Positions 46,701 to 55,661 of a stretch of 56,260 nt of DNA are shown piece after piece (positions within the stretch are counted from its first letter, which is position 1; the number at the start of each line of letters is the position of its first letter). Position numbers and translations under genes: made by a program. The DNA comes from a virus (Duplodnaviria; Caudoviricetes). The notes beneath the pieces are model-generated. The model was not told the origin of the DNA and did no database searches. It saw only the letters and a list, made by a program, of their open reading frames with translations. The stretch is from the IMG/VR virus record IMGVR_UViG_3300016471_000620, positions 1 to 56,260 of that record. The stretch is one strand, 5' to 3'.

Positions 46701-47090
46701 TCAGTGTCGCCGGGATCTGCCAGCGCTGCGGTCAGATTCAGGAGTCTTTCCTTTGGACGGGGGTGCCACTGTGCCGCGACTGCCTGCGTTGACGCGTGGC
46801 TTCCTGGCCCGTTGAAGAACCAGCCCGAAATGATCAGCCAGCTTGCTCAACACAGACGCCTTCGGATCGACCTTGCCCGCGAGGATGCGGGTCAGGGTCG
46901 GCTGCGTCGTCCCTGCGGCTGCGGCGAGCGACATCAGCGACTCGGTGCCTGTGGCTGGATCGACAGCCTTGCAGATCGCCTGGCCGATGGGGCCCAGGAT
47001 CGGGCCTGGCAGAGCACGGCCGGAGGCGAGAGCCTCAGGGGAGGGCGGGTGGAAGCGGTTGCGGCCTGTGCGGGCCTGCTTGCGGGGCAT
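46701..47090 (-). CDS. XRE-family HTH regulator
   Basis: SLMSLAAAAGTTQPTLTRILAGKVDPKASVLSKLADHFGL; operator half-site upstream (47116-47125). Confidence 0.75.
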   Translation of the reverse strand: MPRKQARTGRNRFHPPSPEALASGRALPGPILGPIGQAICKAVDPATGTESLMSLAAAAGTTQPTLTRILAGKVDPKASVLSKLADHFGLVLQRARKPRVNAGSRGTVAPPSKGKTPESDRSAGRSRRH

Positions 47091-47173
47091 TGTCGAGTCG
47101 GGTCCTGTGGTCCAGAATCATACACCGGTGTTGGGATCAGTGTATTCCGCAGGCCTGAGGGGGGCAACTGACG

Positions 47174-47647
47174 ATGCCGGGTGAAGTCCCCACTGCCGCC
47201 CAGAAACGCGAGCGAATCGACGGGGTGATCCTGCGCATGCGGCAGGGTCAGACCATCGGGCAGATCCGCCAGTGGCTGAAGGGACAGTACGGGGTGACGA
47301 CGCGAACGTGTGACAGATATCTGTCTCGCGCGCGGACTGAAATCTCGGAGGCAATCGGCCGCACGGAGGGCGATCTGCGGGCCGAATCGATGGCCTTTTA
47401 CGAGGGCGTTCGCGCCGATCCAACCGCGACAGTCTGGCAGAAGCTGAAGGCCCAGGAACAACTCGACTCGCTGATGGGCCTCGCGAAGCCCCGCAAAGTC
47501 GCAATGACGGACACCACCGGAAACGGGCCGGCGACGATCCGAATTGAGGCTGCGCGGTTGCAGCAGGCCCCGGCAGAGGACCTGGCCAAGATCGCTGCTG
47601 CGTTCGACGCGCTGCAGAATCTCTCGGGTCAGCAGGGGGCCGGGTGA
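47174..47647 (+). CDS. Terminase small subunit
   Basis: N-terminal HTH; directly upstream of TerL. Confidence 0.75.
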   Translation: MPGEVPTAAQKRERIDGVILRMRQGQTIGQIRQWLKGQYGVTTRTCDRYLSRARTEISEAIGRTEGDLRAESMAFYEGVRADPTATVWQKLKAQEQLDSLMGLAKPRKVAMTDTTGNGPATIRIEAARLQQAPAEDLAKIAAAFDALQNLSGQQGAG

Positions 47648-49332
47648 TGGTGTCGCTCCCCTCCAACAGTGATCGGTTTGCCCAGCAGCTCACCGCCGGC
47701 AAGCTGGCCTACGTCACACTGCTGGCTCGCGGCGGGGACCCGCTGCCGTTCATCGAGTTCCAGTGGCCGGGGACGCTGCTGGACGGGTTTCAAAAGGAGG
47801 CGCTCAGGTCTCTGTTTGACCCGACAATCAGGCGTGTTTTCATGAAGGGGAATACCGGCTGTGGCAAGTCGGCCGTCGCTGGCCTCGGCGTCTGCGTTTA
47901 CTTTGCGATCTGGCCAGATGCCAAGGTCGTGCTGACCAGCAGCACGTTCGACCATTGCGTGCAGGTGCTGTTTGGCGAGGTTTCTCAGTGGTACAAGGCC
48001 ATGCGGATTGGACCAGGTGACGAGCAGTACTCCGAGTGCATTGGCGACCCCAAGGGAGAGCGATACGTTCAGGTCGTGAATCCCGGAGACGATGAGTCGT
48101 TCTCTGGCCGCCACGGGGAACACGTGCTGTTTGTGTTTGACGAAGCGACAGCAGTAGCCGACGGGCGGTTCAAGATGGCCAAAACCCAGGCCACGAAGTT
48201 CCTGGCCCAGGCCAACCCCCGCACGATGTCCGGGGCCTTCCGCCACGCCTTCCCGATCGACTGCCCGAACGAGAACACGACCCGCCTGACACCGGAGGGA
48301 AAGACCCGCTGCATCACGATCGACGGCGCAGAGTGCATGAACGTGCGGTTCCGCCGACTGAGCTCCCCCGCGGGGCCCCCCGGCGGAGTTGAAGCCGACG
48401 GCGTGCGGTACGAGCACGGAGATCCAATCCCCGCAGACGTGTACCGGGCGAATTTCCGGCCGATCATCCCGGGGCAGATCTGCTACGACGATTACCTGAG
48501 CCTGTGTGCCGACGGGGATCCTCGGTGGGTGCAGGTGTTCGCGCACGGCCGCTTTCCTGAAGAGAATCCCGACACCCAACTGGTGCTTTCAGGCTGGCTG
48601 AAGCGGGCCTATGCGGGCTGGCAGCGATACGAGCGGACGCGGCGTCGGGCGCAGGGTTCGAAGGCCGCCACGCGACTGTTGCGGAGACTGATCCCGGTGA
48701 CGGCGTTCGGTCTCGACGTGGCGGCGAGCTCGCACGGTGACAAGACCGTTCTCACTGCAGGTTCGAACCGGGGAATCCTGGCACAGCATGTCGCCCAGTA
48801 CGCATCGACGATGGACACGATTGGCTGGCTGCTGCGAGTGGCCCAGGCCGAGCACGGCATCGACCTGAGGAAGGGAGAGGTCGCGGTGGCTGTCGACGTC
48901 GACGGGCTGGGCAAGGGTGTCGGCGATCGACTTCGGGAGCAGGGGGTGCGGGTGATCGAATGCCGCGGGAATGACGCGCCCAGCGACCCGAAGCGGTTTG
49001 CCAATCGTCGCGCCGAGCGATACGCGGACATGGGCGATCGGCTCAACCCGGACGGCCCCAAGGGCACCTCTGTGTTCTGGCTCCCGGAAGATCCCGAGCT
49101 GGGGCAGGAGCTGTGCGCGGTCGAGAAGGTCTATCAAGGGAGCGACGGGTTCCGATTCGCGGTGACACCCAAGCGGAAGGTGCCTGGATCAGCGCACGAG
49201 GGCCCCACGGTCCAGTCGAAAATCGGCCGGTCGCCAGACAAGGGCGATTCGGCAGTGTACTGCCTGGAGGCAATCGCCGGAGCCGGTCGCGGTGACCTGG
49301 CTGGGTGGTTGGCTGCCGGGGCTTTTGGTTGA
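47644..49332 (+). CDS. Terminase large subunit
   Basis: Walker A GNTGCGKS, Walker B FVFDEA, nuclease motifs GLDVA, VDVDGLG, SPDKGDS. Confidence 0.93.
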   Translation: MMVSLPSNSDRFAQQLTAGKLAYVTLLARGGDPLPFIEFQWPGTLLDGFQKEALRSLFDPTIRRVFMKGNTGCGKSAVAGLGVCVYFAIWPDAKVVLTSSTFDHCVQVLFGEVSQWYKAMRIGPGDEQYSECIGDPKGERYVQVVNPGDDESFSGRHGEHVLFVFDEATAVADGRFKMAKTQATKFLAQANPRTMSGAFRHAFPIDCPNENTTRLTPEGKTRCITIDGAECMNVRFRRLSSPAGPPGGVEADGVRYEHGDPIPADVYRANFRPIIPGQICYDDYLSLCADGDPRWVQVFAHGRFPEENPDTQLVLSGWLKRAYAGWQRYERTRRRAQGSKAATRLLRRLIPVTAFGLDVAASSHGDKTVLTAGSNRGILAQHVAQYASTMDTIGWLLRVAQAEHGIDLRKGEVAVAVDVDGLGKGVGDRLREQGVRVIECRGNDAPSDPKRFANRRAERYADMGDRLNPDGPKGTSVFWLPEDPELGQELCAVEKVYQGSDGFRFAVTPKRKVPGSAHEGPTVQSKIGRSPDKGDSAVYCLEAIAGAGRGDLAGWLAAGAFG

Positions 49333-49566
49333 AGTGAAAGGAATCAGGATGCAGCGAGTCCGAGTCGTCGACGCGTTCCAGAACCAAGTTGTGCACATCT
49401 GCGTCGGCACGCAGATCTATCACGCGGCGGTGGCGGGTGACTGCTACTCCGCGGAGTGCTTGGAGACAGGGGACCGCGCCACCGGCCTGAGCCGGGATGA
49501 GTCGCTGCGGAACCTGGCGGCCAAACTGACCGTCAACGGACATCGGGGCCACCTCGGAATCACGGG

Positions 49567-50085
49567 ATGATTGCAGCCACCAGAGGCCCACACGAGCTCC
49601 TGCGGGGGCAGCACAAGCTGCCGGAGAACCAGCGGCAACACGTCGTACTGCTGACGTTCCTGGAGCCGGTCCCGCGGTGGAAGGTCAGCGAGTTCTTGCG
49701 GATCCACCTGCAGCGACACCAACTGGAGCGGGGCGAGGGGGAGGCGTTTCAGCCGGAGATCTTCCAGCCGCACCGGGTGGGGCCCAAGCCCTGCCCGAAG
49801 TGCAATCTGGTGATGGCACCGATGGCCGAATCATGGTCTCGGTGCCAGAACGCCAAGTGCGAAAACGTCGGCCGGCGAGTGATTCACGGCCCCCTGATCG
49901 GGGTCATCAACGTGCTGACGTGGCAGGACTCGGTCGTCGGAACCACGGCGCACGGGGAGGAAATGATCGCCTTCTGCGGGCTGGTGCTGGACCGGCGGTA
50001 CGACGAAACCACTCTGGCGGCGGTGTACCGCACCGCCGAAATTCTCGGGGAATCGATCGGAGCAACCCTTGCGAATCCTGCGTAA
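49567..50085 (+). CDS. Hypothetical protein with a zinc ribbon
   Basis: CPKC...CQNAKC. Confidence 0.5.
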   Translation: MIAATRGPHELLRGQHKLPENQRQHVVLLTFLEPVPRWKVSEFLRIHLQRHQLERGEGEAFQPEIFQPHRVGPKPCPKCNLVMAPMAESWSRCQNAKCENVGRRVIHGPLIGVINVLTWQDSVVGTTAHGEEMIAFCGLVLDRRYDETTLAAVYRTAEILGESIGATLANPA

Positions 50086-50379
50086 GAGGATCTGGACATG
50101 GTTCATGTCGCGCGAGCGGATGGCCCAGGAACTGGCCCTGCGTGACCACCTCCTGCGAATGAAGGAGCTCGAAATCGAGGCACTGAAGCGGGTTGTCACG
50201 CTGCTGGAAAACCGCACTGACTCCCAGGCCTGGCACCACGCGGCGGAGGGCGCGGAGGCGAAGGCCGTGTTTGAGTCGCTGCGGCGACAGCCGAGATGAG
50301 TGGCCCTTTCATTCCATCTCGCACTCGACTTGCCCAGCGAAATCAGTAGGCTGGACCGACCACACTCGGAGCGAAGTCA

Positions 50380-51849
50380 ATGCCCAGCTTGCTCGATACG
50401 TTCGAACCCGCGACGTTCCCCACGCAATCTCAGGCGATGGCCGGGCCCGTCATCCCGCAGCTTGTGAGCCTTGATCCGGCTCAGCGCTACAACCGGGGGA
50501 CGATCCGTACATCGAGAGAGCAAGTCAGCCATTACACCGAGTGGAATTACGTCAGCATCTCGGCTCTGGCGTGGCGATTCTCGCAGCTCTGCCCGTACAC
50601 CGGGAGCGTCTCCGGATCGTCGACGGCGCGGCCCAACACTCGACAGAGGCTGAGCTACGCACAAGCGCAGAACCTGCAGCGGAACTACCCTCGGATTCTG
50701 CAGTCGGCCGGGCACCAAGAAATCGAGCCGCTGGACCAGTCGCACCCGTTCGCGCGGCTGATCGGCAGCGTGAACTCAGCCGACTGGTGGCAGGCGTTTG
50801 CGTACGAGTTCCTGACGTCTCTGGAGACGTTCGGCCGCTGCTATGTCTGGCTGCTGCCGAACAATCTGCGGGCCGCGAACGGGGTAGGAAACCAGCCGGC
50901 CGAGCTGCACATCATCCCGGCGACGTGGATTGAGCCGTACTTCGCGGACAGTTCAGCCAGCCAGACGGGGTGGGTGATCACGCCGGAGGGAGACACCACG
51001 CGGCGGGAGTTCTTCCCCCTGGAGTGGGTTGAGTACTGCCGGTACAAGTCGCCGATCAGCAAGTGGGACGGATTTTCGCCCATGACCGGCGGATCGAGGT
51101 GGATCGAAAACGCCGAGTCGATCGAGGTCTCTCGCACCATGCAGTTCCGGAACGGGGGCAATCCAGACCTGCTGGTGACGCTCGATCCGGACGTGCACGA
51201 CAAGCCCAACCCCGACCTGATCGTGCGGATCAAGGAGGCCGTGATGCAGCGGGCCAGCGGGCTGCGGCGGCACGGGGAGCCGCTGATTGCCCCACCCGGA
51301 ATCAAGTACGAAAAGTGGTCGACTTCCCCCCGGGAGATGGACTACGGCACGTCCGCCAACCAGGCCCGCGACCAGGTGCTGGCCCTGCGGGGAACACCCA
51401 AGGTGCTGTTCGGGATCACCGAGGACGTGAACCGGGCCAGCATCGAGGGGGCCAACATCATCTTCGGCCAGAACCTGAATCCTCGGGCGGCATTCATCGC
51501 GGGGTTCTTCACGGAGAGAATTGCGCCCCGTTTCGGTCAGGGGCTGTGTCTGTGGTTCTCTGATGCGGTCCCGACCGACAGCGCTGACGAGCGGGAAGAG
51601 GTCAAGATCGACCTGTCGTCTGGTGCGATGTCGCCCGACGAACGGCGGATTCAACGCGGCCGCGAGCCGTGGGGGATCCCAACGGCCGAGACAGGGTACA
51701 TGCCGAGCGGCATGGTCCCTCTGGATCCAGAGGCGATTCCGGAGCCCCCATCACCGGAACCGGGGGCCGATACCGGCGAAGAGGTCGGCGACGATGGGGC
51801 CCAGGTGGACCAGGAAGATCCCCCGGCGGAGGATCCTGAAGACGAATGA
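50380..51849 (+). CDS. Portal protein (HK97-type)
   Basis: L...G..Y, P......G.SP, F.NG..P, EMDY, G.P....G, N.A, DE.R...G.EP. Confidence 0.9.
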   Translation: MPSLLDTFEPATFPTQSQAMAGPVIPQLVSLDPAQRYNRGTIRTSREQVSHYTEWNYVSISALAWRFSQLCPYTGSVSGSSTARPNTRQRLSYAQAQNLQRNYPRILQSAGHQEIEPLDQSHPFARLIGSVNSADWWQAFAYEFLTSLETFGRCYVWLLPNNLRAANGVGNQPAELHIIPATWIEPYFADSSASQTGWVITPEGDTTRREFFPLEWVEYCRYKSPISKWDGFSPMTGGSRWIENAESIEVSRTMQFRNGGNPDLLVTLDPDVHDKPNPDLIVRIKEAVMQRASGLRRHGEPLIAPPGIKYEKWSTSPREMDYGTSANQARDQVLALRGTPKVLFGITEDVNRASIEGANIIFGQNLNPRAAFIAGFFTERIAPRFGQGLCLWFSDAVPTDSADEREEVKIDLSSGAMSPDERRIQRGREPWGIPTAETGYMPSGMVPLDPEAIPEPPSPEPGADTGEEVGDDGAQVDQEDPPAEDPEDE

Positions 51850-53930
51850 CCGCCCTGCGTTCGATTCGCCAGCGCCGCACGGCTTCCGCCTCCCAGGCGA
51901 GGCACGCGGCGTTCCTGCGCGACCACGCAAGGCAGGAGCGTCGGACCTACTTGGACATCCGCAAATGGCGGGCTCCCGTCATCGACCGGATTGTCGCGGC
52001 GCTCCGGGATTACCCGAACAGCCAGCCTGTTGGGGCCCTGATCTGGACTCCCACCCGCGAGGACGAGGCGTCATTTCGGAGTATCATCCGTCGCGACGTG
52101 GCCCGGATGCAGCTTGCCGGGGCGGCGCTCGAGCAGCAGTTCATTCAGACTGCGACCGGGGCAGACAATCGCACAGCGAGGCAGGGGCTGGGAGCTTGGA
52201 TTGACCGGTTCATGTCGATCCAGCAGATCGCCCCGGCCGGGAGCTCTGTCGACCACCGCGACATCTACATCGATTTCTCTCCCGAGATGCGGGCGGCGGT
52301 CGACGCCTGGACCTCGGCGCGGGAGGTAGGGATCTGGAGACAGATCAGCGAGGGGATGCAGGTCCAACTCGCCCGGGCCGTCAGCGAGGGGCTGGCGGAG
52401 GGGCTGTCGATCCGAGAGCTGACAGTATCGGTCAAATCACGCCTCACTCAGTACGATGACGTGCAGGCCCGGCGGGTCGCTAGAACCGAGGCGACCGGGG
52501 CGATGAACCACGGCGCGCATGCGGCGATGGTCGACGCCGAAATCCCCTGGCACGAGTGGATCCGCACGATCGACAAGCGGACCCGCGGGTACGATCCGAA
52601 GCGCAGGTCGAAGTACGACCACTACAACGCCTCGCAGACCGTGCCCTTGGAGGACCCGTTCGTCGTCTCGGGCCAGCGACTGAAGTTCCCCGGCGATTCG
52701 TCGCTGGGGGCCAGCGCTGGGAATGTGATCAACTGCAGGTGCAGCGCGGCGGCCGCATTTGACGGGCCGCGGCGGCCCAGGGTCACTCCGCCCCCGCCCC
52801 CGCCCCCGCCTCAGCCACCAGTCCCCCCGCCGGTAGCTCCGCCCCCTCCGCCGAAGGCAGTGAAGCCGCGAAAGGACAAACCGCCGAAGGAAGACATTCC
52901 GGTCACGCCCCCCGTGGCCCTTCCGCCGAAACCGGCCGCCCCGGCTCCCGCCCCTGCACCTGCCACGCCACCGAAACCACTGACGATCGAAGAGCGGATC
53001 AAGGCGGCCGGAGAACGCGAGGACATCAAGACGCTGCGGGACCGGGTGAGGGCGGTGGCAGAGGGCCGAGACGCCGAGCTGCAGGCGCTCGAGGCCGAAT
53101 ACAAGGCCATTTCGGCCAAAATGGATGAAATCAGCAGGAAGAAGGCGGAACTGCTGGATCAACTCAATTCCGGCAAGATCAAGATCAAAGAGCTGAAGAA
53201 GAGGCAGTCCGAATACGACCAGCAGTGGAGGCAAGAGCAGGAAAAGCGGATCAAGGTCTACTCTCGGCGTGGCGACGTACGAGAGGGGTACCACACGGCT
53301 GCACGTGAGGCTTTCGGCGACCGCGACGTCCAGCAGTTTTCCGTTTCACGCCCAACTGCGCCCGCGAAGGTAACCACCCTTGGGCGCTCAGAGGTTGAAG
53401 TCACGCCTGGGTCGGCGACGTTCAACCAGAAGCTTGGCGACGCGTTGGAATTCATTCAAAGAGTGTTCCGGCTCGGCTCCAAGCCCCGAGCGGACGTCGT
53501 GCCGTACATGCTTCCTGCAGGCGAAAGAGCGTTTGCCAAACAGTCGGTCGTGTACATCACTGAACACCACGAGACGGACACGTTCGTCCATGAGCTCGCG
53601 CATATCATCGAAAGTACATATCCGGAGATCCAGAAAGCCACAAACGAGTTTGTCGAAATGCGACTCGCGAGATCCGGGAAAGCCTCGCAAAAGCTGGCAG
53701 ATCTGTTCCCGGCGCACAGATACCGCGACGACGAATACGGCAACGACGATGATTTCGGGGCTGTGTTTGACGGGACGGCCGCCTTCTACGTCGGCAAAAG
53801 GTACTGGTGGGGCTCCACGGAAATCCTGTCGATGGGCCTGGAGTATCTGTACACGGACGCCCCACGAATGGCAGCGGCCGACCCCGAGTTTTTCAACTTC
53901 CTTGTGTCCGTTTTGAGGGGGGTTCTGTGA
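51846..53930 (+). CDS. MuF (gpF) head protein with Pro-rich linker and C-terminal zincin metallopeptidase-like domain
   Basis: ARRVARTE, W....D.RTR, PF.VSG..L.FPGD, INCRC; then FVHELAHIIE...TEILSMGLE. Confidence 0.85.
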   Translation: MTALRSIRQRRTASASQARHAAFLRDHARQERRTYLDIRKWRAPVIDRIVAALRDYPNSQPVGALIWTPTREDEASFRSIIRRDVARMQLAGAALEQQFIQTATGADNRTARQGLGAWIDRFMSIQQIAPAGSSVDHRDIYIDFSPEMRAAVDAWTSAREVGIWRQISEGMQVQLARAVSEGLAEGLSIRELTVSVKSRLTQYDDVQARRVARTEATGAMNHGAHAAMVDAEIPWHEWIRTIDKRTRGYDPKRRSKYDHYNASQTVPLEDPFVVSGQRLKFPGDSSLGASAGNVINCRCSAAAAFDGPRRPRVTPPPPPPPPQPPVPPPVAPPPPPKAVKPRKDKPPKEDIPVTPPVALPPKPAAPAPAPAPATPPKPLTIEERIKAAGEREDIKTLRDRVRAVAEGRDAELQALEAEYKAISAKMDEISRKKAELLDQLNSGKIKIKELKKRQSEYDQQWRQEQEKRIKVYSRRGDVREGYHTAAREAFGDRDVQQFSVSRPTAPAKVTTLGRSEVEVTPGSATFNQKLGDALEFIQRVFRLGSKPRADVVPYMLPAGERAFAKQSVVYITEHHETDTFVHELAHIIESTYPEIQKATNEFVEMRLARSGKASQKLADLFPAHRYRDDEYGNDDDFGAVFDGTAAFYVGKRYWWGSTEILSMGLEYLYTDAPRMAAADPEFFNFLVSVLRGVL

Positions 53931-54181
53931 GGCGACTGGTCTGGAAAATCACTGGCGAGGACATCGTGGCCGACCTGGCAGACGACTGTACTTGGGCGTG
54001 CAGCTTCCGCGGCTTTCTGCCGCAGTTGCGGATCATCACCAGCGACGTGCTGGAATCAATCGGCCCGGCGGACGGAGACCCGCGGGCAAGGATCCTGCAG
54101 TCCGCAGGGCAGAGATTGAAGGCAAGCCAAGTGATCGACGACACCCCAATCGGGCCCACGCCCGAATACGTTACCCCCTGA
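53927..54181 (+). CDS. Small protein coupled to MuF (candidate immunity protein)
   Basis: GTGA overlap with the MuF stop; 84 aa. Confidence 0.5.
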   Translation: MRRLVWKITGEDIVADLADDCTWACSFRGFLPQLRIITSDVLESIGPADGDPRARILQSAGQRLKASQVIDDTPIGPTPEYVTP

Positions 54182-54396
54182 AAGGAGCGACATGACCACA
54201 CTCTTCAGCGTGCGATACACCCAGCAATGCGCCCGCACCATCCAGTCCGCATTCGTGCGGTGCGCGTCGACTGATATCGACCCGGCGGCGATCAGCGGTA
54301 TCATCGGAGCGATCAGCAGGAAAACCGGGGTCGACCCGGAGGACATCCACGTCTGCTGCGTGGAGCGGTTGGACGAGGTTCTGGAGGCTGCAAGCA

Positions 54397-55599
54397 ATGG
54401 CGAGTGTCACACTGACGGAAAAGCAATTGCGGTCGATGCTGCGGAAGGAGCGGCGGGTGGCGAGTCGGCAGGCGGCAAGCCGGCGACAGACACCCGCCCC
54501 TCTCGCAGCGGGGGCGGAAGCGGGTCCGGCTCCGGTTCGGTACCGACTCGCCCTGCCGCTCGGCGTTGACCCGGACGAAGACGAGGACGACGACGACGAC
54601 GAACCTGGCGTCACGCACCAGTCGCAGTCGGTGTACGGGACCGACGCGCTCGAGCATCTCGCGGCCCACAACCCGGCGTGCCTGACCCAGGCCGGATACC
54701 CGTACTCCACGTCGCAAGGCGCGACGATGGCGGCGAAGGACCCCGGGAGGATGAGCGCCACGTTTGTGGTCGTCACCCGGCAGAAGGACCCGAATCGCCA
54801 CGGGAACATGGTGCAGATCCTCCCGGGCCCCAACGGGCAGGGGCTGCAAATCGAGGACTGGGCGGCAAACCCGGTGGTACTGTTCGACCACGGGGTGGGC
54901 CTGAATCTGCCGATCGGCACAGCAATGCAGAACGGCGAGCTGTTCTGGAACGCCCAGAAATCCAAGGCGATCAGCACCGTATTCTTCTCGCAGACACTCC
55001 CGGAAGCCGCCGCGATCTATGCACTGATCGACGAAGGAATCCTCCGGGCGTCGTCGATCCAGTTCCTGCCGAGCAAGGCGATGCGACTGACTGGAGAGCT
55101 TCCGGATCGCCCAAAGGGGGTCGAGTCGCTGGACTATCAGGGCTACGATTTCGTGGAGTCGAAGCTACTGGAGTGGTCGGTCGTGGCGATCCCGGCCGAT
55201 CCCGGCGCGCTCCGCAAGTCGCTTGATTCTGGGCGAGTCGCCGGCCAGCGCATCGGCCCCGGGCTGAGATACGCACTCGCGCAGCACTTGGGGCCGCAAA
55301 AGGCGTGGACGCCGGGCGTGGAACTGCGGTCCGAACACGCTGCGGCAGCCGAGCCCCTGCAAGTGGCTGTTGCTGCAAGTGCTGTTGACGCAGCGCAGCA
55401 AAAGGCTACTCTTGCCCCTGTGATTGACGGAAATGCACTGGCGGAGCAATACCGGCAGAGCATCATTGCGGCGGCCCCTGCGGTCGACCACAACGCGATT
55501 GCAGAGCAGGTGCGGCTGGAAGTCCAGCGAGCTACCGCGGGCGTGCTGGAGGGCTTTCGGAAGCTCTCCAGTCGTGTGCAGTACCTCGCTGGAAATTGA
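54397..55599 (+). CDS. Prohead protease (HK97-type) with N- and C-terminal extensions
   Basis: NPVVLFDH, PIG, ASSIQF, LLEWSVVAIPADP.AL. Confidence 0.88.
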   Translation: MASVTLTEKQLRSMLRKERRVASRQAASRRQTPAPLAAGAEAGPAPVRYRLALPLGVDPDEDEDDDDDEPGVTHQSQSVYGTDALEHLAAHNPACLTQAGYPYSTSQGATMAAKDPGRMSATFVVVTRQKDPNRHGNMVQILPGPNGQGLQIEDWAANPVVLFDHGVGLNLPIGTAMQNGELFWNAQKSKAISTVFFSQTLPEAAAIYALIDEGILRASSIQFLPSKAMRLTGELPDRPKGVESLDYQGYDFVESKLLEWSVVAIPADPGALRKSLDSGRVAGQRIGPGLRYALAQHLGPQKAWTPGVELRSEHAAAAEPLQVAVAASAVDAAQQKATLAPVIDGNALAEQYRQSIIAAAPAVDHNAIAEQVRLEVQRATAGVLEGFRKLSSRVQYLAGN

Positions 55600-55601
55600 T
55601 C

Positions 55602-55657
55602 CGCGACAGTTTCGAAACATCTGATTCCTCTTTGCCCCATAACTAGGGGCCGGAGAA
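55602..55657 (+). promoter_or_regulatory. 56-nt conserved leader element, copy 2 (before major capsid)
   Basis: 42/56 identity to 6558-6613; hairpin GCCCC-ATAACTA-GGGGC then CGGAGAA. Confidence 0.75.
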
Positions 55658-55661
55658 CACC

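Noticed and set aside
52780-52980. C-rich low-complexity tract
   Set aside because: It encodes the poly-Pro linker of MuF; no evidence for a separate DNA element.
54192-54569. ORF overlapping the prohead protease start
   Set aside because: It has a good RBS and may be real, but the 3' half is low-complexity overlap and no function can be supported, so it was left uncalled.
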